From an uncultured Methanobacteriaceae archaeon (GTDB lineage: Archaea; Methanobacteriota; Methanobacteria; Methanobacteriales; Methanobacteriaceae): a stretch of 64,000 nt of DNA. The stretch covers positions 890,475 through 954,474 of the forward strand of contig OY969914.1 of assembly GCA_963704525.1 (NCBI GenBank), in the 5' to 3' direction. Made by a program: the position numbers and the translations under genes. Every line of letters starts with the position of its first letter. Positions within the stretch are counted from its first letter, which is position 1. The notes below the pieces were generated by a model. It ran no database searches. It saw only the letters and a program-made list of their open reading frames with translations, and was not told where the DNA came from. Shown here in pieces: positions 22,713 through 32,953 of the stretch.

Positions 22713-23471
22713 ATGTCTAATACCAAAATTTTAATAGCTGAAGATGATGGCATAGTGTCACTTGACATTAAGAGTGTTTTAGAATCATTTGGTTACGAAG
22801 TTCCATTTGTGGTTTCAACAGGAGAAGACGTCATTAAAAAAGCCGAGAAATTCCATCCAGATCTGATTTTAATGGACATATCACTGAAGGGTAATATTGA
22901 TGGTATAGAAGCTGCTTCTAAAATCAAAAAAATGGATATACCCATAATTTTTTTGACAGCCTATAAAAATTCTTCTTTAATAGAAAGAACCCAAGATTCT
23001 GAGCCATATGGCTATTTATTGAAACCCTACGATGTTACTGAGCTCAAACTTAACATTGAAATTGCACTAAAGAAACATGAAAAAATAAAAAATTTGGAAG
23101 AAATAATAAATAGGACACCCCTTCCTCTGTTCTTTATTGATGATCAGCACAAGGTAGTATACTGGAACCAGTCCATGGAACAGTTTAGTGGTACATCCTA
23201 TGATGAAGTAATTGGAACAGACAACCACTGGAAAGTTTTTTATAACGAAAAAAGACCATGCATGGCGGATTTGCTGGTTGATAATCAGATAAATCTACTA
23301 TCTGAATTGTATTCTGGAGAAGTTAGCAGATCTGAAATTGATTCCTACAGTGTAGAGGAATTCTTTCCTAATCTAAACACCAATGGAAAATATCTGAATT
23401 TCAGAGCATCAATAATAAAAAATATCAAAGGGACAACAATTGGAGCTATAGAGATTATTGATAATAAATAA
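22713..23471 (+). CDS. Response regulator (REC) with C-terminal PAS domain
   Basis: KILIAEDD, PDLILMDISL, IIFLTA, YLLKPY; PAS segment VVYWNQSMEQFSG. Likely start is ATG 22713 (track 22614). Confidence 0.88.
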   Translation: MSNTKILIAEDDGIVSLDIKSVLESFGYEVPFVVSTGEDVIKKAEKFHPDLILMDISLKGNIDGIEAASKIKKMDIPIIFLTAYKNSSLIERTQDSEPYGYLLKPYDVTELKLNIEIALKKHEKIKNLEEIINRTPLPLFFIDDQHKVVYWNQSMEQFSGTSYDEVIGTDNHWKVFYNEKRPCMADLLVDNQINLLSELYSGEVSRSEIDSYSVEEFFPNLNTNGKYLNFRASIIKNIKGTTIGAIEIIDNK

Positions 23472-23634
23472 TCAATTTCAAAACACAAATTCTTAATTGA
23501 TAAACCAATAAAAATTCGTGATATCCTGTATTATACACATTATTTTAGAACTTAATTTAAATATCAATAAATTTTCCTTTTTTGTGATTAATAAAAAAAA
23601 AATATGATAAATATGTACAATTTATCATCAAATA

Positions 23635-24123
23635 TCAAATTGAAAGCAGATACACACTATAATTTAGGTATCCTGCTATGCTAACCCATATAAGATAAGG
23701 TACAAGTATCAAACCTGCAGCTTTAGAAATACGGTAGAATAACACTATATTTATCAGGATGGATATCCAGAGCAGTATGACAAGCAGCAACCCCCCTGCT
23801 ATGTTATGGGTTCCGAAAAATATCAATGACCACACAACGTTCAATAGTAACTGCAGAGCAAACACCACAATCGCAATTTTAACTTCTTTACGTTCTAGGC
23901 CTTCCCTCCATATCAGAAAGAGAGATATTCCGATTAAAACATATAATGTAGACCAAATGGGACCAAATGCCCAGTTTGGCGGTGTCCAGCTAGGTTTTGG
24001 AATGTTTACGTACCATGTTGTTATTTCCTTGAGTGTGAAAACAGTCCCTACAGCCCCAGCTAAAAAAACTATCAGTATTGAAGCAATTAATTTAGGTATT
24101 TCCCCAACTTTTAATTCCGTCAT
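23635..24123 (-). CDS. TspO/MBR family protein
   Basis: WYVNIPKPSWTPPNWAFGPIWSTLY and LVPYLIWVSIA; GGGGT RBS before ATG 24123. Confidence 0.92.
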   Translation of the reverse strand: MTELKVGEIPKLIASILIVFLAGAVGTVFTLKEITTWYVNIPKPSWTPPNWAFGPIWSTLYVLIGISLFLIWREGLERKEVKIAIVVFALQLLLNVVWSLIFFGTHNIAGGLLLVILLWISILINIVLFYRISKAAGLILVPYLIWVSIAGYLNYSVYLLSI

Positions 24124-24230
24124 TACAAATACCCCCATTGATTTACCAAATTTCCATGCCCTAATATTGTTTTTACCTAATTAAATTAAATATTTTTTGA
24201 TTAAAATTATCAAACTTGAATCATTAAATT

Positions 24231-24548
24231 TTATGAATTTAACTTGAAATTTTTTTTAAACTGCGGCATGTAGATGTGGATGTGGAATATTCCCGCGGCA
24301 AGTGTTACAATTCCTGCTTCCACATGCCAAAATATTATTGTGGTATCAATGGGTAATATTTCCAAATTTATATAAAAGACCATTAAAAGACCAGTTAAGG
24401 CTACAATCAGCGAAGACAAAATTAGAGTGAAATTCCAGAATAATTTGAAGGTTCCCTCACTGAAGGTTCCATCAGATTGCATGAAGTGGGTTAATACATA
24501 CACCACTAACATGAACAATATTATTGGTAGGGAGTAGTAGCCAGTCAT
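24231..24548 (-). CDS. Small 3-TM membrane protein with conserved His (DUF4405-like)
   Basis: Three hydrophobic helices; WHVEAG and FHIH motifs. Confidence 0.6.
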   Translation of the reverse strand: MTGYYSLPIILFMLVVYVLTHFMQSDGTFSEGTFKLFWNFTLILSSLIVALTGLLMVFYINLEILPIDTTIIFWHVEAGIVTLAAGIFHIHIYMPQFKKNFKLNS

Positions 24549-24642
24549 GGTTTACAACAATCTTTTATATAGGGATTTCATTAACTTTTTCATAAACGGA
24601 TAATAAATGTTTTATAGATGATCATTGAGAATGATTCGAAAT

Positions 24643-24960
24643 TTAATTACGAGAGTCTAAAAATTTTACAAAGAAATTTCTATTTTTTGATAAATGAATA
24701 ATTAAAAGTATGACAAATGCTATTCCAAACTCGGTATGCCAGTAATTAAGCCAAGCCATCATCGATAAATTTATACCAAAATCTAAGAGCAACGCTTGAA
24801 ATGTGCCCAATCCCATCGTCAAAATAAAGCTGAGCAAGAATAGTGAAATCCAAAGCATATTATGGATACTCCGGGATATGAATTTTTTTCTGTAAAAAGC
24901 GTAGCTTAAAATATAAACAAATATTAGGATTAACACAATCATTATCACATTATAAGACAT
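24643..24960 (-). CDS. Small 3-TM membrane protein (DUF4405-like), paralog of the neighbour
   Basis: WHTEFG...IHL motifs; start moved to ATG 24960 because the tracked start abuts the divergent gene. Confidence 0.55.
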   Translation of the reverse strand: MSYNVIMIVLILIFVYILSYAFYRKKFISRSIHNMLWISLFLLSFILTMGLGTFQALLLDFGINLSMMAWLNYWHTEFGIAFVILLIIHLSKNRNFFVKFLDSRN

Positions 24961-25033
24961 TATATAAGTCTTGTTCAGTGTTAAATATATAAATTTGGGT
25001 TTTACAGAAAAAATAAATAGTATCAACAATTAA

Positions 25034-25786
25034 ATGATTATTGATACAATGGATAGGAAAAGAAAAGGCCTGATCATTCTGTTAATCATAATTTTTGCAG
25101 GTGTACTAATGGGATACTTGTTTTATCAACCAGATAATACCAACTCCACCTACAATCCAAACCGTTACGTGATTAATGTAACCTATCTTCCATCACCAGT
25201 ACTATCTGGTAACACATCTGTTGAAACAGCCATAGAAAACAGACGTTCAGTTAGGAGTTATTCAAATGAATCTCTTAATCTCACCGATGTTTCACAATTA
25301 TTATGGGCTGCACAGGGAATAACTAATAACACAAGCAACCTAAGATCGGTCCCATCTGCAGGGCAAGTATATCCACTTGAAGTGTATGTTGTTACTGGTC
25401 AAAATGGAGTCACAGGACTTTCTGAAGGAGTTTATCTCTATGTGCCATCAAACAACACCCTTGAAAAAACTGTCAATGGTGATAAGAGATCTATGTTATC
25501 GACCATTGCAGATGGACAGAAATCAGTTGGCCAATCTCCTGTAGACCTAGTTATTACTGGAAATTATCCTCGTATGATCGATAAATATCATGATAAGGAA
25601 TTGTGCACAAGATTCGTGGATCTTGAAGCAGGCCATGCTGGAGAAAATATATATTTACAGGCAGAATCACTGGGACTGGTCACTGTAGCAATTGGTTCAT
25701 TCAATGAAAGTCAGATGAAGCAGCTTCTGGAAATTCCTCAGAATGAAACACCACTCTATATTTTTCCGATAGGACACGGAAGCTAA
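25034..25786 (+). CDS. SagB/ThcOx-type nitroreductase-family protein with N-terminal membrane anchor
   Basis: AIENRRSVRSY, LLWAAQG, RSVPSAGQVYPLEVY, EAGHAGENIYLQAESLGL. Confidence 0.85.
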   Translation: MIIDTMDRKRKGLIILLIIIFAGVLMGYLFYQPDNTNSTYNPNRYVINVTYLPSPVLSGNTSVETAIENRRSVRSYSNESLNLTDVSQLLWAAQGITNNTSNLRSVPSAGQVYPLEVYVVTGQNGVTGLSEGVYLYVPSNNTLEKTVNGDKRSMLSTIADGQKSVGQSPVDLVITGNYPRMIDKYHDKELCTRFVDLEAGHAGENIYLQAESLGLVTVAIGSFNESQMKQLLEIPQNETPLYIFPIGHGS

Positions 25787-25802
25787 ACCAAAAAAAATAT
25801 TT

Positions 25803-26174
25803 TTAATTTTTAAAAAGAATTATTTCCAGTTCATTTAAATTTTTTTCAATGAAGGGTTCTGCTTTAGGTTCTGAAAGAATTTTCAGCTGCTTTTTACCAG
25901 TTTTCTTATAGGAATCGTTTAATATCTCCCGAAGTTCAGAAACAGGCATTTCAAGCACCAGTTTAATCTTTAAAATTTCTTCTTCAGACAACTCACTTTT
26001 ATATTCCAATATCTGATACTCAAATGATTTAACAACGTTAGATTTACCTGCAACAATGCCTTTAAGAATTATTGAAGGAACCTTGGTAAAAATATCCAAG
26101 AGCCCTACAACATCATCTTCTGAAATTTTTATCTGATCCTTTAAATCTTTAGATTCCATTATAAACCAACTCAA
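25803..26174 (-). CDS. Hypothetical protein
   Basis: 123-aa acidic/helical ORF filling the gap between flanking genes. Confidence 0.65.
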   Translation of the reverse strand: MSWFIMESKDLKDQIKISEDDVVGLLDIFTKVPSIILKGIVAGKSNVVKSFEYQILEYKSELSEEEILKIKLVLEMPVSELREILNDSYKKTGKKQLKILSEPKAEPFIEKNLNELEIILFKN

Positions 26175-26456
26175 TTTTGTAGAAAATAAAATTATTAACT
26201 AAAAATACTTTTAAATTAATTACTATAGATGCATTTACATTGAATATATAGATTCCGGGATGTAAATGTAATTTGAGATTTTTTCTAGGATATTAAATTT
26301 TTTTATCAATATTAGAATCCTAGATAAATATTAAGTTATAAGCCAATTATTTCTACTGTAATAATTAATCATGAGTCGTTAGGTGTAAAAATTATTAAAA
26401 TAGGTAAAAATGACTAAAACAGGTTATTCAAAGGATTTTTAATGGTATCATATATT

Positions 26457-27500
26457 TTAAACAACATTTATGGATATATTATTTTTTTGGCACAGCTGAA
26501 TAATGTAGTTTGACGAAAGAAAAACACTTGATTGATTTTGCCGGGAGTTATTGGATACTAAACTGAATATTAGTATACCCAGAACACTGTTGTTACTATC
26601 TACAACTGGGCCTCCGCTGAAACCATGCTGGGCCATAGCAGTGGTTACATAATAATCAGTACCATGATCTGGCAAATAACTTGTAACAAATCCACTGGAT
26701 GATGATGGTTGAATTACAGACTGGTTGTTACTCGAATACATTCCTTCAGTTCTTACTGGATAACCATATATCAGGACATCTGTATTGATTAAAGGGTTGT
26801 TTGAGTTTAATGTGAGCGGATTCAATTTTTTAAATAAAGTATCAATTTTTATTAATGCAACATCTTGAGAGGTTACTGCATCCCCAACATCGATCAAATC
26901 AGCATTGATAGAGTCACCATTACTACTTCCCGGTAATTTAACTTTGATCTGTTGTTTAGCTGATTTAACTTGGATAAGGTTTCTCTGCTTCAGTAAATCT
27001 GTTGTGGTGTTTAGATCTGGAGTGGTTTGAAGTACAGGTGAAGCATATGTTACGTTACTAATAAGTTCCGAGGCTAACTGAGGATTATATTTAGATACGT
27101 AACCATTTACAGCGGCTCTTTCAAGATATAGCTGAATATCATTACTGTTCATTAACCTTAAAACATCTTGGTTTATGGCTGATTCAGGATCACCCACCAC
27201 ATGAAATGCCGTTACAATATATCCCTCACTGTTCACAACAAATCCAGATCCTGAGTCCAAAGGGCTGTATTCAACAGTTATCTCCGATGTTTTGTTGAGG
27301 TATGGATCGGAAATTGATAGGACACCTGATACTCCATTTTGAACATAAACCACAGATCCTGCGGCTTGGGAATTCTGTGATGATTGGGAAATGTAATCAA
27401 AATTAATATTCTGGGCAGCCCAAAGACCAACAATCAGAACTGCAACCATGATGATAACAATCAAAGCACTTTTAATATGTTTCATTTTTTTCTCCAACAA
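26457..27500 (-). CDS. Membrane-anchored trypsin-like serine protease
   Basis: GSGFVV, TAFHVV (His), DVALIK (Asp), GFSGGPV (Ser); N-terminal TM. Confidence 0.85.
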   Translation of the reverse strand: MLEKKMKHIKSALIVIIMVAVLIVGLWAAQNINFDYISQSSQNSQAAGSVVYVQNGVSGVLSISDPYLNKTSEITVEYSPLDSGSGFVVNSEGYIVTAFHVVGDPESAINQDVLRLMNSNDIQLYLERAAVNGYVSKYNPQLASELISNVTYASPVLQTTPDLNTTTDLLKQRNLIQVKSAKQQIKVKLPGSSNGDSINADLIDVGDAVTSQDVALIKIDTLFKKLNPLTLNSNNPLINTDVLIYGYPVRTEGMYSSNNQSVIQPSSSSGFVTSYLPDHGTDYYVTTAMAQHGFSGGPVVDSNNSVLGILIFSLVSNNSRQNQSSVFLSSNYIIQLCQKNNISINVV

Positions 27501-27680
27501 TAAATATTTGGAATGGAATAATTATATGAAATTATGGTGTTGGGAGAAGAAAAATATTACTAAAAACCTTCCCTATTCAAATTAGATGGATGATTTAAAG
27601 AACCATTATTAGGATTTAGATTCTATTTTTGAAAAATAATAAGAACTATTAAACACTTATATTCTAATGGTGAACCAATT

Positions 27681-28004
27681 ATGCTGATGGAAACTATCAA
27701 AATAAACCGGGAAAAAATTGCATTTCATGGAGAGCTAAACTTCATTGATGATGAACTCTCAAAAGATGACTGTCAAGAAATGGTATATCGATTGTTGAGC
27801 TGGAAATTAGGTCCTGTTGAACCAACAAGACACTTTGAAGTGTCTTACAACCATGATAAAAACCGTGTTGAAGTTGAAGTATTTGTATCTATTACCAAAC
27901 CAGAAGCAGGACATTTGGATACTGTTAATTATATCTTCAGTAAGTTGATGGAATTTGCCACCATATATCAAAGGGAATTTGAGGATATCACAAGTTTAAA
28001 TTAA
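27681..28004 (+). CDS. Hypothetical protein
   Basis: GGTGA RBS, 107-aa ORF. Confidence 0.65.
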   Translation: MLMETIKINREKIAFHGELNFIDDELSKDDCQEMVYRLLSWKLGPVEPTRHFEVSYNHDKNRVEVEVFVSITKPEAGHLDTVNYIFSKLMEFATIYQREFEDITSLN

Positions 28005-28025
28005 AAAAAATAATATTATGAAGGA

Positions 28026-28340
28026 TCAAATCCCCCTTTTATTTGGTAATCTTGGACGATCAGAAGAACCTTTTCCAGAATTTTTACCTTCCTCATGTTC
28101 TTTTACCTGTGCCTTGAATTCATTGTCAGTTAACGGCCTTATCAACCCTCTTTCAATTGAATAACCATTTTTTAGGAGACTTTCAAGCACATTTTGAAAT
28201 TCTTTCCTAGAAAGATCTGGAAAATCTTTTCTTAATGCTGAATACAACCTTTTATCTAAATAAACTCCATTATGTCCCTTAAGAATTTCGTCTGCCCTTT
28301 TTTCAATCGCTGATAAACCTTCGTCATTATTCATGACCAT
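28026..28340 (-). CDS. Hypothetical protein (possible winged-helix)
   Basis: GGAGGG RBS, 104-aa ORF, helical LYSALRKDFPDLSRKEFQNVLESL segment. Confidence 0.6.
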   Translation of the reverse strand: MVMNNDEGLSAIEKRADEILKGHNGVYLDKRLYSALRKDFPDLSRKEFQNVLESLLKNGYSIERGLIRPLTDNEFKAQVKEHEEGKNSGKGSSDRPRLPNKRGI

Positions 28341-28555
28341 CCCTCCATGGTATAAATGAAACTTTAATCCGGATAATTATCCCAGATCAACTACTTTTCC
28401 TATGAAATGTTTAATATATTGTTTATTACCATTAAAGATTTCTTAGTGGAAGATGCTCAAAAAAAGTTAATATAAAAATTTGTTACCGTTTTTTGGAGGG
28501 ATAATTACATGAAGTTTCCGAGATATAATATTATTATACAAAGGAGGACAGTCTT

Positions 28556-30634
28556 GTGGTAGAACATGGCAATGAAAATGATGAAGAATTTAAGGAAATT
28601 GTTGCAGATTGTGATAAACTCCTGAAAACAAATTCAGAAGATTATGAAGCGATAACCCGGAGGGGTATGGCACTTATGGGCCTTGGAAAAATTGAGGAAG
28701 CCGTAGAAAGTTTTGATAAAGCCCTTAAATTCAAGCCAGATTATCCCTGGGCAATGGACAATATGTGCATGGCACTATTATTGTTAGAAAAATATGATGA
28801 ATCGCTTGAATGCTTTAATAAAGCGTTGGAAATCAATCCAACAGATGAAATATTGTTAAATAACAAAGCATTCCTTTTATCATCAATGGGTAATTATGAA
28901 GAGGCAATAACCATCTTTGACAGTATACTCGAAAAAACAGAAAACAAAAGTTCAGTCCTTAAAGAAAAGGCAAACTGCCAGTTAAATCTTGAGAAGTATG
29001 ATGATGCGCTTGATTCGATAAACGAAGCATTAATTGAAGTTAATGACGATCCTGACCTGTTTTTTAAGAAAGGAAATGCACTAGGAGGACTTGGAAGAGT
29101 TGAAGAAGCTATCCAAGCATTTGAAAATAGTTTAGAAATTGATCCCTTATTTAGTGAATCATGGAATGCTAAGGGAGTTGCTTTCGGCATTTTAAAATGT
29201 TTTGATGAAGCATTGATAAGTTTTGATCATGCCATAGACATCTATGGTGACGATGACAGGGCATGGTTCTTGAAGGCAAAAACACTCACAGAAATTGGCG
29301 AACTGAAGGATGCCCTCGAATGCTACAACAAAGCAGTGGAATTAAATCCTCTGAATTATGATGCATGGTACAGAAGAGGACTTGTTTTGTACGATCTTAA
29401 AATATATCCTGATTCAATAGAATCCTACAACAGAGCAATTGAACTCGATTCTCAATCTGCAGAAATATGGAATGCCAAGGCGCTATCCCTGTTTGAAACA
29501 GGTGAACACGAAGAGGAGATGGAATGTTATAATAAATCTCTGAAAATCGATCCTGAATTTTCTGAGGCATTGACAAACAAGGGTGCGACTTACTTAACAC
29601 TTGGCATGGATGAAGACGCTTTGAAATGTCTTAATAAAGCTCTTGATTTAAATCCTGAAGATCAGACAGCTTTAATGAATAAGGCGAGCATTTTAATTAG
29701 ACTTGAAAAGTTTGATGATGCAATTGATTGCTGTGACCAGGTACTTGAAATTCAACCCAACCAGTTAGCTGCACTTTTTTTAAAGGTTAGAACACTCCAA
29801 AATTTGGAAAAATTTGAAGAATCCATCGAAAGTCTTGAAAAGATAACATTAATCGATGATGAAAATGATGAAGCATGGTTTTTAATGGGTGTATCACAGG
29901 AATATCTGAATAATCCTGCAGATGCACTTGAATCCTTCAACAATGCCCTTGATATTGAACCCAAAAACATTGGTGCATGGTACTTCAAAGGAAGGTCCCT
30001 TATGATGCTTGGAAAAACAGATGAAGCACTAAAAAGTTATGAAATGGTCACATTAATGGATCCAAGTAACTATGAAGCTTTCCATCTGATGGGCATACTT
30101 TACATGGAAATGGGAAGGTACGACAAAGCAATGGAAAGTTTTGAATCTGTCCTCAGTATAATCCCGGATAACAGGGAAGCCCTAATAAACAAAGGACAGG
30201 CATATGGATTTCTAGAAAAACCTGAAGAAGCACTCAAATGTTTTGAGAAGGTGTTGGATATGGATCCTGAAAATTTGGAAGCATTGAATTACAAGGGCGT
30301 GGCCCTTAAACATATGGGTAGCTACAAATTATCAATAAAAACTTTCGAAGCAGTTCTCGAGATGGCACCGGACAATCCCTGGGCATGGCATCAAATAGGG
30401 TTGAATTACAAGGAACTGAAAAATTACAGCAAGGCAGTTGATGCATTTGATAACGCTTTAGATGCCGATCCAAAATTCACCTTGGCAATTATGGAAAAAG
30501 GCACCTCTTTGGGAATGAATAAACAATTTAAAGAAGCTTTAGAATGTTTTGAGGAAGTACTTCTCAAAGATCCTGAAAATCCTGACGCACTCCAGTTTAA
30601 AAAAATGACCATACAGATGATGGATGAACAATAG
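28556..30634 (+). CDS. Tetratricopeptide-repeat protein
   Basis: 34-residue periodic repeats (W..KG..L..LG...EA...F..AL...P) across almost the whole protein; GGAGGA RBS. Confidence 0.92.
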   Translation: MVEHGNENDEEFKEIVADCDKLLKTNSEDYEAITRRGMALMGLGKIEEAVESFDKALKFKPDYPWAMDNMCMALLLLEKYDESLECFNKALEINPTDEILLNNKAFLLSSMGNYEEAITIFDSILEKTENKSSVLKEKANCQLNLEKYDDALDSINEALIEVNDDPDLFFKKGNALGGLGRVEEAIQAFENSLEIDPLFSESWNAKGVAFGILKCFDEALISFDHAIDIYGDDDRAWFLKAKTLTEIGELKDALECYNKAVELNPLNYDAWYRRGLVLYDLKIYPDSIESYNRAIELDSQSAEIWNAKALSLFETGEHEEEMECYNKSLKIDPEFSEALTNKGATYLTLGMDEDALKCLNKALDLNPEDQTALMNKASILIRLEKFDDAIDCCDQVLEIQPNQLAALFLKVRTLQNLEKFEESIESLEKITLIDDENDEAWFLMGVSQEYLNNPADALESFNNALDIEPKNIGAWYFKGRSLMMLGKTDEALKSYEMVTLMDPSNYEAFHLMGILYMEMGRYDKAMESFESVLSIIPDNREALINKGQAYGFLEKPEEALKCFEKVLDMDPENLEALNYKGVALKHMGSYKLSIKTFEAVLEMAPDNPWAWHQIGLNYKELKNYSKAVDAFDNALDADPKFTLAIMEKGTSLGMNKQFKEALECFEEVLLKDPENPDALQFKKMTIQMMDEQ

Positions 30635-30682
30635 AATTAAATGGAACTATCTTGCTTATTAAGACAATTTAAAGGTGAAACT

Positions 30683-32287
30683 ATGGATTATAAGGAATTA
30701 AAAAGTTATATGGATCTCAGTCCATTTGAGGTTCAGTTTGCACTTACCAATATAGCAGGAAACTTTTTAGATCGTACACTGTTAAATGCTGGTCGTGGAA
30801 ACCCCAACTGGATTGCAACCACTCCTCGCCAGGCATTTTTTACTCTGGGCAACTTTGCTGTTTTAGAATCCAAATGTGACTGCGAATATATTCATACTGG
30901 TTTTCATCCTGAAAAGGAAGGAATTTACTCGAAGTTCAAACAGTTCGTACATGAAAATCCAGATGCACCTGGAATTAAATTTTTAGAAAGCTCGATAGAA
31001 TACGGAATAAATAATCTTGGTTTTGAACCTGATTCTTGGGTTTATGAACTTTCAACAGGCAGTATTGGAGATTTTTATCCAGAACCTGACAGGATACTAC
31101 CCCATGTGGAAAAAGTTGTTCATTCATTTTTAATAGAGTTCCTGTGTAACAACGTACAAAAATCCTGCAGATATGACCTTTTTGCAACCGAAGGTGGAAC
31201 TGGAGGAATAATATACGTTTTCAACTCTCTGATGGAAAATAAACTCATAAAGAAGGGGGATAAAATTGCAATAGCATCACCAATATTCAGCCCCTACCTG
31301 GAAATACCCCATTTAAATGATTATGACCTTGTTGAAGTGGAAATTATTGCAGATCCTGAAGATGACTGGCAGTATCCCGAATCTGAACTTGAAAAACTTA
31401 AAGATCCTTCTATTAAAGCATTTTTTGTCGTGAATCCTGGAAATCCCCAGGCCAGAGCCATAAGTGAAGATAAAATTAAAATTATTGCAGATATTGTGAG
31501 GGAAGATAATCCCGACCTAATAATAATCTCTGACGATGTTTACGCAACATTTGTTGAGAATTTTCGTTCAATTATGGCGGAGATACCCTCGAATACTATC
31601 TGTGTCTACTCTTTCAGCAAACATATGGGATGTACAGGATGGAGGTTAGGTGTGGTTGCAATCTACGAAGATAATAAGATCGATGAAATGTTGAGGAATC
31701 TTCCTGAATCAGAACAAAATCAATTGATAGAACGTTACGAAAGCATAAACCTTGATCCTTCCAACATGAAATTCATCGACCGTCTGGTTGCAGATAGTCG
31801 ATCTGTGGCTTTGAATCATACTGCAGGATTATCACTACCCCAACAGACGCAGATGACTCTTTTCTCACTGTTTTTTTTAATCGAAGACAATATCAACTAC
31901 ATCGAAGGTACCAAAAAGGCACTTAACAAACGTATCCATGTTCTCTACAAAGCCCTAGGATTACCCCTGGACTACGATAAAACAGCTACCAATTACTACG
32001 CAGTTATAGATCTATTGAACCTGGCAAGGGATAGATATGGTAATTCCTTTGCAGAATGGATGGAAAAAAATTACAACGCACTTTCATTCGTGTTTGCACT
32101 TGCAGACAAGGAATCTGTGGTAATCCTTCCAGGATCAGGTTTTGATGCCCCTGGATGGTCTGTTAGAGTTTCCCTTGCCAATCTACGATTTGAAGCCTAC
32201 GAAGAAATAGGTAAAAAAATGTTGGAAACCCTCGATGCTGCATACAAAGATTATAAGATCAATTACAAAAAAATTAAAGCTTTTTAG
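30683..32287 (+). CDS. L-aspartate 4-(beta)-decarboxylase family PLP enzyme
   Basis: LNAGRGNPNWIATTPRQAFF, LFATEGGT, VNPGNP, DDVYATF, YSFSKHMGCTGWRLG (PLP Lys), DRLVADSR, PGWSVRVSLANL; AGGTGA RBS before ATG 30683. Confidence 0.85.
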   Translation: MDYKELKSYMDLSPFEVQFALTNIAGNFLDRTLLNAGRGNPNWIATTPRQAFFTLGNFAVLESKCDCEYIHTGFHPEKEGIYSKFKQFVHENPDAPGIKFLESSIEYGINNLGFEPDSWVYELSTGSIGDFYPEPDRILPHVEKVVHSFLIEFLCNNVQKSCRYDLFATEGGTGGIIYVFNSLMENKLIKKGDKIAIASPIFSPYLEIPHLNDYDLVEVEIIADPEDDWQYPESELEKLKDPSIKAFFVVNPGNPQARAISEDKIKIIADIVREDNPDLIIISDDVYATFVENFRSIMAEIPSNTICVYSFSKHMGCTGWRLGVVAIYEDNKIDEMLRNLPESEQNQLIERYESINLDPSNMKFIDRLVADSRSVALNHTAGLSLPQQTQMTLFSLFFLIEDNINYIEGTKKALNKRIHVLYKALGLPLDYDKTATNYYAVIDLLNLARDRYGNSFAEWMEKNYNALSFVFALADKESVVILPGSGFDAPGWSVRVSLANLRFEAYEEIGKKMLETLDAAYKDYKINYKKIKAF

Positions 32288-32953
32288 AATAAAAATTTTA
32301 TAAATTTCCATTAAAAGAACTGGCTTAATTAATATCATCGATATAAATAAAGGTCTATTTGAATTATCATATTCTAAAACCTTCCATATATCTTTTTAAC
32401 CATTTTTATTCGATTATTCAATTAATAATCCTGCAAGATGATGTGAATATTCTGGAAAATAATTTTTCTATATTTTTAATAATTTAGATTAATCATTATC
32501 AGTTTGATTTTGGGTGGTATTTGAGTATTTAAGAGGCCCAAAGACAGTTTAATATAAACTATGTTATAATCTTTAAATCATCTGATAAAAGTTTAAAATG
32601 TTCACAACCCCATTTATCCGGTTTAATCCCACTTTAATTGTATAATGATAAATATCCATTATTATTGTCATTATATGATATGGGGTTAGTTCTTAAACTA
32701 AGATTAAATAGAGGGCATTTTTTGAAATGAAGTTTATAATTATCTGATCAGCTTAAAAAACCAACCAATTACTCTCTTCATTATTGGGATGATATAAAAA
32801 TATATTAGAAGGCTTTAAATTAAAAAAATAAGCGAAATAACGTTTTTTAACCAGATTAAAAGCACAATCTTTATAAGTGAATTTAATATAACCATTAGTA
32901 TTCTATGCTTGGTTAATTTGGTTTAACAAAGTTTAGAATATGGAGGCGGTAGA

